Source: Halocafeteria seosinensis (Eukaryota). From it: DNA of 64,000 bases. The position numbers and the translations under genes were made by a program. Under the pieces are notes generated by a model. It saw only the letters and a program-made list of their open reading frames with translations. It was not told the DNA's origin and did not search any database. The stretch is from positions 1-64,000 of the forward strand of contig LVLI01000603.1 in NCBI GenBank assembly GCA_001687465.1, in the 5' to 3' direction. This document shows positions 24,649 to 36,518 of this stretch, piece by piece. The stretch's first letter is position 1. Each line of letters begins with the position of its first letter.

Positions 24649-25666
24649 TGTGCTGAACAAGAACGCAAAAACCTGGAATCAGCGTCGAACACACCAGGCT
24701 AGGTATCTTATGGAATTTCGGAACACACGAACTTACCCCTGGGTGTACGATAGAGCAACCCGCTGTGGAATGAGGTTTGTGTTGGATACAAACGTAAGTA
24801 CAGCCTGTAGACTATCAAATCAATGTTTCTTGGACTGTAGTGTATACAGTATGCACTGCCAATGCAGACTACAGTCTGGTATGCAACTTCATTTCAACTT
24901 CAACTACATACAGAAGGTTACTGACTTGTAGTCCAGTTGTAGACTAGTTGTAGTGGGTGCTACTTAATGTAATGGAACATTCTACAACTGTTTCTTCGCA
25001 CTAAACAGCTTAGGTGCATCCCGGTCTCTTCCACCAGCAACATCCACGAGTGGACCACGACCGCACGCCCAGGGGGGTTGCATCTGGAAAGCACCAAGCG
25101 ACCAAGTATCCCCATACACGACGACGATGTGACTGATGGCCCACCGACAGCTGGATGTTAGGCGCTACACTTAGGTAGCAGCTGGCGCCCGTGTCTGGCA
25201 GCCATACACTGGTGGATGCAACGAAATGGAACAAAGCTGCTAGTAGCCTGCTACTCTGGTATTAGGGAAAAGCCAGGATACGAGTAACAATCACAAAGCG
25301 TTTGGCCGGATGATGAGCAATCTCCCAAAATCGATTTTCTCGAGAACGGAAGTGCTCGTACCAGTAGTGGTACAATATACATTGTAGTCAGAGGAGACGA
25401 CGCTTGCGATTGTAACACAGGATACAGTATTGTAGCAAATGTCAGCATTTTATCGTAAGCTCCGAAAAGAATGTGAGAGGGTCGAGCAACTTCTTACTGC
25501 TTCAGGTAAAATACTACTACAACAGCGGTTGAACAGAGAATGGGCAAACTTGGACACGCCACATGCATGGTGTCAATTTCCATGGAAGTAGTCCACCGGC
25601 TCACTCGCGGCTATCAATGAAGACGAACGTTAAACAGCGATTAAAACGGTGATTGATAGGATATTT

Positions 25667-25707
25667 AGTGGTAGTGTGTATTATTTATGGCCTACCGGCT
25701 AAGTGGA
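25667..25707. repeat. Dispersed repeat copy (see 6766)
   Basis: AGTGGTAGTGTGTATTATTTATGGCCTACCGGCTAAGTGGA. Confidence 0.85.
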
Positions 25708-26606
25708 TATTTTGCTCTGGAGAACGGGGTGCAGATCGAAACGCATGACTTCCTAGTGACAATTGAAAGGGCAGATGTTTTCAGTACATTAAACCGAGTA
25801 TCGAGTGTACCGGGAATGGGTAATGACAAAGGACTTATGCTTCAGCTCGGTTGTATTTTGTGTTATCAAGCAGTTCTTCTTGGTTCTTTACGATGAAGAG
25901 CTAGCTCAGAGAGAGCCATGGGAAGAACGAAGATAGAACTGAGGCATGCTAAAACCAGAGAGGATATAAAGAAGCGCTCAGGGCTCTACCAGTACAGAAC
26001 TACGCCATAGTGTTTCTGGTCAAGAGAAATATGATATGGAAGGAGGTGTTTCCGACTCTGGCAGAAGTTCAGCAAGTCACCAGCTCTGAGCTCTGGTCAC
26101 CTGTGAGAGTCTGGTTCTCTGGCGCAATTGTATGGTTGTATTTCTGAGACATGTGGGTTAGCATAGTAATATTGGGACAAGGGAAGGAATACATGGGTTA
26201 ACATGTTTAAATTTTCTGAGCCGATGCGCTTCATACGTGTATCCATTTGCCGATGCTATTTGGAGTTGTGTTTGAATTGTGAACCAGCACTTCCATCCAC
26301 ACGGAAGGCTAGGTATAATCACAGCAGCACCTTCGTCGTAGAACATGGAATCAATGTGGAGACCCTTTAGTATTTATGGTCCTTGCAGCACAATACACAT
26401 CAATGTTTCCGTATCTCATAAAGACAAGCACCCAAGAGCCTGCTTCGCCCGGCGCGCCCCGCCCCGTCAACTCGGGGCTCTGGAATTGATTGCTGCCAAC
26501 ACAACACTATACTATGTATCAAACTCTGAATTGGCTGGTTTGAGTACACTGGGGCGTACTGTGTGTGGTTGGTACACTCCAAAATTGAGAATCACGTGTG
26601 TATGAA

Positions 26607-28634
26607 ATGGAGCCCTCGTCGAAACGAGCTCGCTCGACTGCGAATGGAGGCGTCGCTCAAGAAGCACCACGGGGTTCCGAGGGCGATTTACAACCCCAGA
26701 AATCGTCGTCCCAGTATAGTGGCAGCCCATCCAGTGGGCGCCCGCGATGGAAACTATTCCTGTCAAAGAGCACAGGGAAACACTACTGGATGAACCAAGA
26801 CACCAAGAAAAGTCAGTGGGAGCCTCCTTTACAACGAGACGAAGATGTACAGTACGTCGTGGCGTTCGGAAAGAAGGGAGAAAATCCACGATCCAGCAAA
26901 CATACACAAGGGGGACCGACGATGATTAGACTGGGGGAACTGCCTCCGCAATTAGTGGCAGCGTACTGGAATGAATTCGCCAAAGAGAAAAATCTGGAGA
27001 CGATTGATCCTCCCCAGACCGATCCCAATGTTATGACGTCCATTATACAGAAAGCATTACTCCACGTGCCGGAGGAGAATTACCGGTATTGGAACAATGA
27101 CGTGAGGGCTTTTGTCTTACCGGCACTCTCGCAGGAAGCCGAACACACGTTGAACACAAGTCTGGAGAACCCCACATCGGTCTTCATTGGTGGGTTCAGC
27201 TTGCTTTTGCGGAAGGAAGCTACCATCCCAAGAAAGCACATTGCTAGTGTTTCCGTTTTTCGATTGAAGCATGGCTATCGAAAATCATCCAAATATGCCA
27301 ATGGATTGTTGACGTTGGCAAATTCATTGAAAACAGAGCTGCCAGAGTTCGTCTTGCGAGTGTATTACGACATCAGCATTACAAGTGAGACGATATTGAA
27401 TCCCGCTAGTCATGAACCGGACACCAAAAAGTCTGATATTGAAGAAGAAGCAAACTGTTGGGAGAAAACTTTGTCGGTGTTAGAGAAAATGAACCACGTA
27501 GAACTGGTGGAATTTCGCCATCCCGAGTTCATGGTGGATGGCAATATAGGCCACCAGGATTTATTTGGTACCTTGGTGAGGTTTCTTCCGTTATTTGAGT
27601 CGGATTGCAAGCTTCCAAGATGGGCGGATACCGTACAGCATGGAGGGTGTGTTTTCGTCACAGATGCAGACTTCCAAGGTTTCTCAACGGAGCACGTTGC
27701 GTTGCGATTAATTCGATGGTTCTCGTCAGTGATCTCTCACAGTGAAAGGACTAGTCCGGAACTTGTGGCGCTGTCGAGTGCATCATCGCAAGCACCCCGA
27801 CACATTCCCAGCTTTGGCATGCCTCCTTTTATTGCAAATTGTGTCGCTACGCGGATTCGATACCCGCTTCATATTCTTGAAAACTTCCTTGATCAAGCCA
27901 GACATCGGAAAGGATTGCCTCACCGATATTATCGGGAGATCCATCACCCTGACAACCACAATTATACGTACGACCGTCGCAATGTAGCAAAACACACGTC
28001 GATGTTTCCCTTTGGAATCGATGAGTTTTTCTTAACTCACACACTCAAGAACTTTTGTGCTGTTCGCAGCACTCCGTGCTCTTGGCTCTTCGTGGTCATC
28101 CCGAATATTGATCGCGTAATCACGCAGGGTTTGAAAGCAATCAAGGAAACACAAAACGGGGAAGCACATAAGGAGACACCAATTTCCTCCTACGAGCCGG
28201 TGACATTGGCTCTTCAAGCAGCAGCAGGTACAGCAGGAGAGAATATGGCCACACCTGAGTCAATAGATCTAGAGGCTTGTGCAAAATGGTGGCCACGAGA
28301 AGCTTCGAAGAGGCTAAAATTATACTCAAAGGACAATACTAATCTGGCCTTCCTCGACACAGACAAAGTGCAACAGACTCTGGAGTCGTTTCGACTTTTC
28401 TTAAAGCACATGCTGGAGAGTATCAGCCTTGGGTATGTTGAGGCTTCAGCTCAAATCCAGCAATTGATTATCGAAAACTTGTATCATATAAACAAGATGG
28501 ATGCGGGCAGGGTGATCCGAATTTGTTCCTACTCTTTGGGAAACGGCTCCGTTGAAGAAACAGATCCGCGCGAGGCGTCTGGTGATAGCGAAAACGAATG
28601 GTACTCTACTCTGTGGGCAACGCTGAAGGAATGA
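26607..28634 (+). CDS. WW-domain protein with putative GT-A-like (DxD) domain, intronless
   Basis: WW: WKLFLSKSTGKHYWMNQDTKKSQWEPP. Then LRVYYD, FGTLVRFLPLF, VFVTDAD, FGIDEFFL. Confidence 0.8.
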   Translation: MEPSSKRARSTANGGVAQEAPRGSEGDLQPQKSSSQYSGSPSSGRPRWKLFLSKSTGKHYWMNQDTKKSQWEPPLQRDEDVQYVVAFGKKGENPRSSKHTQGGPTMIRLGELPPQLVAAYWNEFAKEKNLETIDPPQTDPNVMTSIIQKALLHVPEENYRYWNNDVRAFVLPALSQEAEHTLNTSLENPTSVFIGGFSLLLRKEATIPRKHIASVSVFRLKHGYRKSSKYANGLLTLANSLKTELPEFVLRVYYDISITSETILNPASHEPDTKKSDIEEEANCWEKTLSVLEKMNHVELVEFRHPEFMVDGNIGHQDLFGTLVRFLPLFESDCKLPRWADTVQHGGCVFVTDADFQGFSTEHVALRLIRWFSSVISHSERTSPELVALSSASSQAPRHIPSFGMPPFIANCVATRIRYPLHILENFLDQARHRKGLPHRYYREIHHPDNHNYTYDRRNVAKHTSMFPFGIDEFFLTHTLKNFCAVRSTPCSWLFVVIPNIDRVITQGLKAIKETQNGEAHKETPISSYEPVTLALQAAAGTAGENMATPESIDLEACAKWWPREASKRLKLYSKDNTNLAFLDTDKVQQTLESFRLFLKHMLESISLGYVEASAQIQQLIIENLYHINKMDAGRVIRICSYSLGNGSVEETDPREASGDSENEWYSTLWATLKE

Positions 28635-29325
28635 AGCATCATTGGACCGCGTATCATACTATGCGCGTACTGCCTGCAACAGACGGCTTTAACTGCTCAC
28701 AGTGCACATTTTCCCGATACTGTGCGCACACTTGGAACCTAAGTACCATTTATATCGTATTCAGTCATGCAGCAGTGATGCATGTTGTAATGGCTACACC
28801 CTAGTTGTGCGGGATATTTTTGAAATGCGTTCAGACCGAGAACTATGCCTTGATTGCTGCGTCGTTTGTTTTGAGTATATGAACCTCTGTCTTTCTGTCC
28901 AACTCGTACAGTATATCTGTCACGAATTGATGAAATGAGAGATTCCCTAACCTGCTGCAAAGGATGCTCATTCACTCGGCTTGGTATTGATGCCGCGACA
29001 ATATAACACGTTGCCCCTTTTTTCTTTTTGACACAAAACTCTGTACAAGTTGCTACGGTAATTCACCTGACAATGTGCTGACGTCGGTACACGTGGTAGC
29101 AGTTGTAGCCTCCCTACTTGTAGGGTATACGTATAAACTAGTGGTTTCCGCCGGGATGGGTTGATTGTTTCATGCACGCTTGCCCCAATGCCCCATATGC
29201 AGGATGAAGTGGTGGTGGTTGCGTTAGTACATAGTATACTTGACCTGTGGATGGCACAGATAGCTAGAGAGACAGACACAGAGGCTCTTGTGTAGGTGTA
29301 TTGACCTGGTCCTTGGTCAGCAATC

Positions 29326-32237
29326 ATGGCTGCCTCTGGGGCTTCTTCGGGAGCTTCTTCCTATCTGCACACGGATCTACCCTTACCACCGGAGCCCTCA
29401 GGACCTCGAGGGAACTCGTACTTGTATTATGGCTGTGGATGGAGGACAAGGAAGTGGTGTGGATATCAGGTAGGTGGTGTAACAAGGACCCTGTCCGGGA
29501 AGCATTTGCTTCCCCATGGTTCATGTTCATATTCATCCTCTTTTTTTCTTTTTCCACATTCTCATTAGTATGGGTATGGCGTGTGCACTTAATTGACTTG
29601 TTGCTGTGTGTATGGATTGCAGGTGGATTGGATATGGTCTCACTTACAGAACTGCAGAGTTCCAGGAAAGCCACCCTTACGCATAAGCTACTTTATACCA
29701 CATCACAATGTGACGGGGTGAGTGCTTTTACTAGACCAACCACTGTGTCTTTCTCTCGGTTGGTGAATTCGGCTGCTCGATTGCAGAGGAATGAAAATGA
29801 TCATGAAGCAGATCGAACATTTGAAATCTCGAGGACATTGGGTGCAAGCGGTGTTTCGGTCAGGAGACGCCGGTAGTAAAGTGATGCCGAATTGGGCCGA
29901 AGTCCAAGTAGACTCTGAAAGACTGCTCAACCAACACGAGTCCATCGTCACATGCTTTGAAGAAGTGGATATTGTAATGATAGGGTAAGGGATTGTACCA
30001 TCTCCGGCGCACACCGTAGTGGTAACTTTGGGGGTATGGATGGGCGTTGCAGGTACTTTACTCAGTTACTGGAATTCAAAAATATTGTCGACTGCCCGGG
30101 ACCGATCGTTTACTGGGAGCAAGGCCATGAACACGTTTTTGGTGATCCGTCAGCATCGGCCGAGTGGGATAAGGTCTGGCATACTTGCATGCATCTTCCT
30201 ATCGTCTACCTATCTGTTTCCAACATTATACGCGACATCTTAGCGGTACATTATATGCGCGATGCCCCGGTAGTTCCAAATGCTATCGATTGTTCCAAGT
30301 ACCAACCGCCTCCATGCCAGTACGAACAATTATGCGACCCCAAGCGAAAACAGAAACGGGTACTACTAGTCGGAAATCCAGGTTTACGATTGAAGAATTT
30401 CCAGTCGGCGTTACAAGCCCTTAACCACGTGTACACGAGAATGGACATTAATGTGACGTGGATATGCCAAGTCCGGCCGCATGTCGATGGAGTCAAGTTC
30501 CCGGTTCAGTTTGTTGTCAATCCTGCGCAAGCTGATTTACCGAAACTTTATGCAGACTATCATGACGTGTTTCTCTTCACATCAGTCTATGAGGCATGGG
30601 GAATGCCCGTATTGGAAGCGATGGCCTCAGGTGTACCCGTGGTGACATCAAGATGCCATGGTGTTGACATGTTCTGTTCTGATGGAGAGAATTGTTTCAT
30701 GGCTGACCCCTTTGATGATCACTCGCTTGGTGCGCATGTGCTACGTATTTTGTCTGATCCGTCTCTGGCAAAAAGGTTGTCGTCAAATGGCCGGAAGATG
30801 GCGCAGAGTTTGACGTGGCAGAATAGCATGGAGGCACTGGAAACCGCCCTCTACCAGGTACAACACTGCCTAGGCACCGGGGATTCCAAGCTTTCGCAAG
30901 CTGTGAGCACATACAATAAGAGTCACCCGGGACAATGTATTCAATTTCCAACAAATGCGGAATTGTTTGATACGTATGCGAGGCGCTATACCATCCGATA
31001 TTCACTCCTGTCGTCTCTCTCCTCAACGTGGATTCAAGTACCGCCACTATCTGGAATTCGTTCGTTTGACATCCACAATGCAAAGTCGATAGTAGCAGGC
31101 TTATCAAACTACAGCGAACATGCGGGAGAAATGGCCTATGGTCATTATCAAAGCCAGCTCGCTTCGTGGATACTCCAACTCCGTTCTTTGCTAATTCACC
31201 AGGCCGACGGGATAGCTATTTTATGCGGGACTACCGTTGGTCATCTTGATACCGAAATTTCTGGACATTCTGACGTCTTATCGTTGGATCCCGATGGCAA
31301 GTGCGTTTCTTTGAACAAGTTGAAAAACTTGCCCTCTGACGCACCGTTAAGTCTCGCATGTGCAAAGGCGGAAGCCTTTTCAGCTGTTCTTCTTCTGTCG
31401 GGGATGGCCTCCAGTAACGCGTGTATCCACAACTCGTACAGATCTCCCCAGGATATCAGAGCCAACCGAGGTGGACCCAAATGGGTGCGTGGTTCCTGTA
31501 GAGCGACCATGTACCAGACAGCCGTCAGTTATTTAAATGTTGCAAACGACTGTTTGGTTCCGCTTGATCGTGTACCGAGAATTGCGGATCGCAAATCTGA
31601 TGAAGTTGTACCGCTAAATAATTTTGAGGCAATATACCCGGGAACTCCATACAGTGAACCAATTGAAGCTCACAATGGGAACTTTGTGTCTAATCAAACA
31701 CCGACTCGAACTCCAGGCACTGGAAACTCTCGCCGCATCCGATCGCCCATGTCTCTCGGATCCATAGGGACTCCCTATAAACCACCTGGTACAGAAGAAC
31801 ACCAGTGGAACGGAAGAGGTGAAACTGGAGGAGCGAGATATCCAGGTAGGTTTCCAGGAAAACAGGCAGCTAAAGAAGCTCCAGGACGGCTTAGTGGTCA
31901 TTGGAACCACTCCTGGTATGTGTCTGACCCGCAGAAAGCGATGGATAGCACCGCCTCCTTTGAGAGTCAGCTGCGTGGTTTTTCCAAAGCTCCCATCCAA
32001 GAAGTAATCGAGCAAAGCGATGCTGGAGTTCCATTGAATCAAATTAGTAAGCAGTTTGCTTCTACGTCTCTGCAACCTAACTCCACGCAGAACGAAAAGG
32101 ACATATTTGAAGCGCGCTTCAAGGAATGGTACGCTCGGCATATCTTGCCCCAGAGGGAGTCATTGAATGAATTGGACCCCGAGTTACGGTCATTGCTGTA
32201 TCTCACACGCCACGGAAATAGCTCATCATCTAGCTGA
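29326..32237 (+). CDS. Glycosyltransferase family 4 (GT-B) with long C-terminal extension; multi-exon
   Basis: LRISYFIPHHNVTG|GMKMI; DVFLFTSVYEAWGMPVLEAMASGVPVV (EX7E motif). Confidence 0.88.
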
Positions 32238-32377
32238 CGGTTTTAGCACAAACAGTATCACATATTGATCAGGGTATTTATCATGTTTGCCTATGTGCTG
32301 GTGTGAAGATTATAGTTCTTCGCCTACGGAACTTACGCTTGAGGACTGAGTGAACTTCGTGTGTCATATTTCTATAG

Positions 32378-33724
32378 CTAGAGGCTAGATGGAGTGACAC
32401 CGAGCCACCACATTAGGACGATTTGCATAAGGCTAACTCCTATGAGTAAGTAGTTGTGGTGCGTCGACGCTGCAGCTGCAGGATCCGGAAGATTGTCATT
32501 GAGCACATTAATTAAATAAAAGGCCATACAGCCTCCGGTGTAAAAAAGGACAATATAGTAAAGTATAGGTCCGAGAAGAAGCCCCATTAGAAAACTCACA
32601 CACAACCTGAAATGCAAAGGTTGTGTCGTAAAGCGTTGAACCCGGGCACACAAATTTGACTATGAATACAGTCAACGTACCCCACGAATTTGTAGCCGGT
32701 GTAGGCGAACAAGTCGAGAACTGACATGGAGGGCACAGTCAGTAAATAGCTAAATGCTCGTATGAGACACACCTCCAATATCCACGCCAAAGTAGTGGTG
32801 CTAGTCACCTCTACCAGCACTTGGGGGGTGAATCTGCAGTGTAGCACTATTATCGGTAACAAGGGAAAACGATTTGACGAAGGCTAATGTTGACTCCATA
32901 CTCCATTTTCGTTCCATAAATAAGCCCATTCATGAGGACGTAAGTTATAAAGGCCATCACGGGAATATAGAGATCAGGTGCATTATCATCATGAACAGGA
33001 GGGGCAAAGCGGTCCTGTATCAGTGTTGCAATGTGTATCTGTAGGCACGTTCGAGACGTTCGCCAAGAAAACATGCGATCTTACCTTCTCATCTTCTTCC
33101 GAAAATACACTTCGGCGTTGTCGATCTTTCTTTTTTGGAAACAAGAGTATCTGTTGAGTACAGGCCCCACCTGAGTGAATACTTCCCATCTGCCCCTTAA
33201 AACGTTCCGACATACCTTGAGCTTTGACTTAACATAGCTGTTGTTCACTTGAAAATAATATCGGAGGGATGTCCACAATGCAAGCGCACCTGTAGTGTAA
33301 TAACAGCGTTGCTTCCCCATGTTTCCAACTAGAGAAGTACGATCACTCGTACCTGGTACATAGTGTGCAGCGGTAGAGTGCATGAGATTTTTGCCATACT
33401 CCAGGCCGACTTGCGCCATAGGATGCCTGCATTGGAGACGAGTGATCAACGGAACTAAGCCAGCCACTTGTTGCCTTTATCTTACGATTGGACATTGGCA
33501 AACGGCTGGTTGAAGCCGGTTCCGGCGGCAGCACCGAATTGTTGTTGCTGCTGCTGGGGCGTCTGAGATTGGGGAGGCATCTGCCAGTTGCCCATTCCTT
33601 GCGACGAGGCTGGTGGCATCATGTTATTCGGATTATTGGGCCCGAAACCCCAGGCTCCTCCTCCTCTTCCTCCTCCTGCTGCTGCTGAGGAAGGTGGTTG
33701 CCCTCCCGGAGGGTAATTATTCAT
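32378..33724 (-). CDS. YIF1: YIF1 ER-Golgi transport protein, multi-exon
   Basis: LRYYFQVNNSYVKSKLK|ILLFP, DDNAPDLYIPVMAFITYVL, DLFAYTGYKFV. Confidence 0.93.
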
Positions 33725-33856
33725 TAGACGCTTTTCTTCCCTTTCCTATCCAAGTTTCGCGTCAATTCGCGTTGCGTACATACTCATACCACCTCAAAGC
33801 ACCTCGAGTCGTAATTAGGCCAAATATTATTGCTGTGGAGATAGTCTCACACAACT

Positions 33857-33917
33857 CAGGCATCCGGGCTCAGCGCCCGGCTGGGCTTGTGTGCCCGGGC
33901 TGAGCGCCGGGTGCCTG
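33857..33917. other. GC-rich imperfect inverted repeat in the divergent YIF1/SPTLC2 intergenic region
   Basis: CAGGCATCCGG/CCGGGTGCCTG, GCTCAGC/GCTGAGC and CTGGGC/GCCCGG stems. Confidence 0.75.
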
Positions 33918-34133
33918 GGGTCCACTATGTTATAGATATGATATCCCTTGGCAAATTGAGTTGCTTGGGGATAGTGTACTGTACTGTCCGCACGTCTCTT
34001 TGGAAGGTGCTTAATCGCTCAGCTCGTACGAGCGGGGAAAAGGGGACCGTTAGCAACCTAGCTAGCTGTGAAAAAAAAAGGGGGGAAATTTGCCGTTGTT
34101 GCTGCCTCAAGGACGTGGCTTCCTTGGGACCCA

Positions 34134-36249
34134 ATGATGATTCCCAACACGCCCATCCATGAACTGGATGAGTCACAAGGGTGTGTATTCACCAAAGAGG
34201 AGAAAGAGGATCTATTGCAGCCATACAGCTGCTATCAGTATCCAGAGGAGGCTCAACAGGGCTCTCGGTCACGCCCGTCTTCCTCCCAATACCAGGACTC
34301 ACTCTCCTGGCAGGCTCCGGAGTCAGACGATCCCTCGCATCATGGCTCCTCCAATACCCAGGATTACGCAGATAACAAGGCGGCCTCCTCCACGACAGCC
34401 TCAGTCGATGGTGAGGACGAACAGGAGCTTGGTTCCAGCAATGATGAAGATGAGGATACCCACGTGTGGGAGCGGGACCAGCTGCACCAGCTGGAAGATG
34501 ATCCCGTGGCTCCCCCACGATACATGTATGCACCGCTCTCCCCGAAACGGAGGAAAGCTCGTACGCAACAACAGCAGCGGCAGATGGATGCGCCATCTAC
34601 CGTCTCTTTGAAAAGTGCAGCACTGGACACGGAAGAAGAGATTGCGGAGATGGAGCGAGTGGTGCATGAGGTTCAACAGGAAGAAATCGAAAGGATGACG
34701 AGGCTAGATGAAAGCGATAATGTCGTCGAACCGAACTGGTTTGCTGCTCTTACAACGTACATGAGCTATGCAGTTCTTATGCTGTTTGGATACATCAGGG
34801 ACTTTTTTGGACGCCTCACCGGAAGTTCCCGCTATTTCAGCGACACAAAGCAGAACCAGGAGACGACGATGCTAAAAGATTGGGAGAACTTCTTCACACG
34901 AAGAATGTATCACCGTATACAGGATTGCTGGAACCGACCAATTGGAGGGGCTCCGACTTCGTCAACCCTCAAAGTGCTGAACCGTTCCTCCGACGATGGT
35001 AACTGTACCCTAAAGTGCGATGGAACTCACTCCGAATGCATTAACTTGGGATCGTATAACTACCTCGGATTTGCTGACGATTGGGAGGAGCTCTGCAAGG
35101 AGCCGGTTATGTCAACTCTGAATAAGTTCAACTCGAGCTGTTGTAGCTCGTCCTGTGATGCAGGGTATACCACGGTACACAGGAAGCTGGAGAAAATGAT
35201 TGCCAAATTCGTTGGTAAACCAGCTGCTATTGTCTTCAACACAGGATATGGTACGAACATATCTACCATTCCTGCGTTGATGGGCGGTGGTACACTTGTC
35301 ATTAGTGACTCGCTGAATCATACATCAATTGTGAACGGTAGTCGATCCTCTCCCGCAACGATCAGGGTGTTCAGGCATAATGGTATGTTTCCTCAATTAT
35401 CGGGGGTTGTTGGAATTGATGCAAGTGAGTGACCTTCTCATGTTTAACTTCTTTTGCGCAGACATGAAGAACTTAGAGAGAATGATACAATCCGCAATCG
35501 TCGAAGGACAGCCGCGAACAGGATTGCGATGGCGCAAGATTGTCGTCCTGGTGGAAGGTGTCTACAGCATGGAAGGAGAAATATTGAACCTCCCCGAAGT
35601 ATTGAGAATTTGCAAAAAGTATAAGGTGTACCTTTATGTAGACGAAGCTCACTCTATTGGAGCTCTAGGAGCTCATGGTCGTGGAGTCTGTGAGCACTGG
35701 AACATCGACCCGACCCATGTAGACGTTCTCATGGGCACTTTCACCAAAAGCTTTGGAGGCATGGGAGGATACGTTGCTGCTTCAAAAGAATTTATATCGT
35801 ATCTCTCTCAGCAAACTTCGGGCAACGTCTACACAAATTCCATACCGCCGCCGGTGTGCCAACAGATAATTTCCGCCTTGCGTGTTATATCAGGAACAGA
35901 CGGAAGCAATGCGGGAGCGCAAAAGCTGCAAACTGTCAAGCGAAACGCAAACTACCTTCGGGCACAACTGATCCGAATGGGGACGGCTGTTTTAGGGGAC
36001 TGGGACTCGCCAGTGGTCCCCGTATTGATATTTCATCCGTCCAAAGTGGCTGCCTTCTCCAGGGAACTCATACAACGCGGACTAGCTGTGGTGGTCGTTG
36101 GGTTTCCCGCCACTCAACTCACTCTAGCACGTTCCCGATTTTGTGTTAGTGCCGGCCACAGTAAGAAGGATTTGGACTACGCCTTGTCTCTGATAGACCA
36201 TACGTCTGACTTGTTGAAGGTAAAGTATAACTCGAGAACATTTGGATGA
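34134..36249 (+). CDS. SPTLC2: Serine palmitoyltransferase subunit LCB2; 2 exons
   Basis: INLGSYNYLGFA, SDSLNHTSIV, VEGVYSMEG, YVDEAHSIGA, PLP lysine motif GTFTKSFG. Confidence 0.95.
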
Positions 36250-36518
36250 AGTGAATGTCGCACTAGCGAATGAAATAATACATTTTGGTATATTGCTACG
36301 TATGGAGTGAGTTACTACGACACATTCTTTCTTTTCTTTCCTAGTACCGTGTGGTTGTCGTTGAGTTGGGCGTGCGGTACACCCAAGTGTTATTCTGCAG
36401 TACTGTATTGTTAGTGGTGCGTGTGCATAGCCACTGCATCACAATAGATTACACAAGGAGCATAAAATTATACATCAAACAGGGTCAGCCTGTCAGGACA
36501 GTTGGTGGATTGAACCCA

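Noticed and set aside
25978..26010. SGLYQYRTTP resembling a Ty3/gypsy RT motif
   Set aside because: Too short, followed by a stop, and no other RT motifs nearby.
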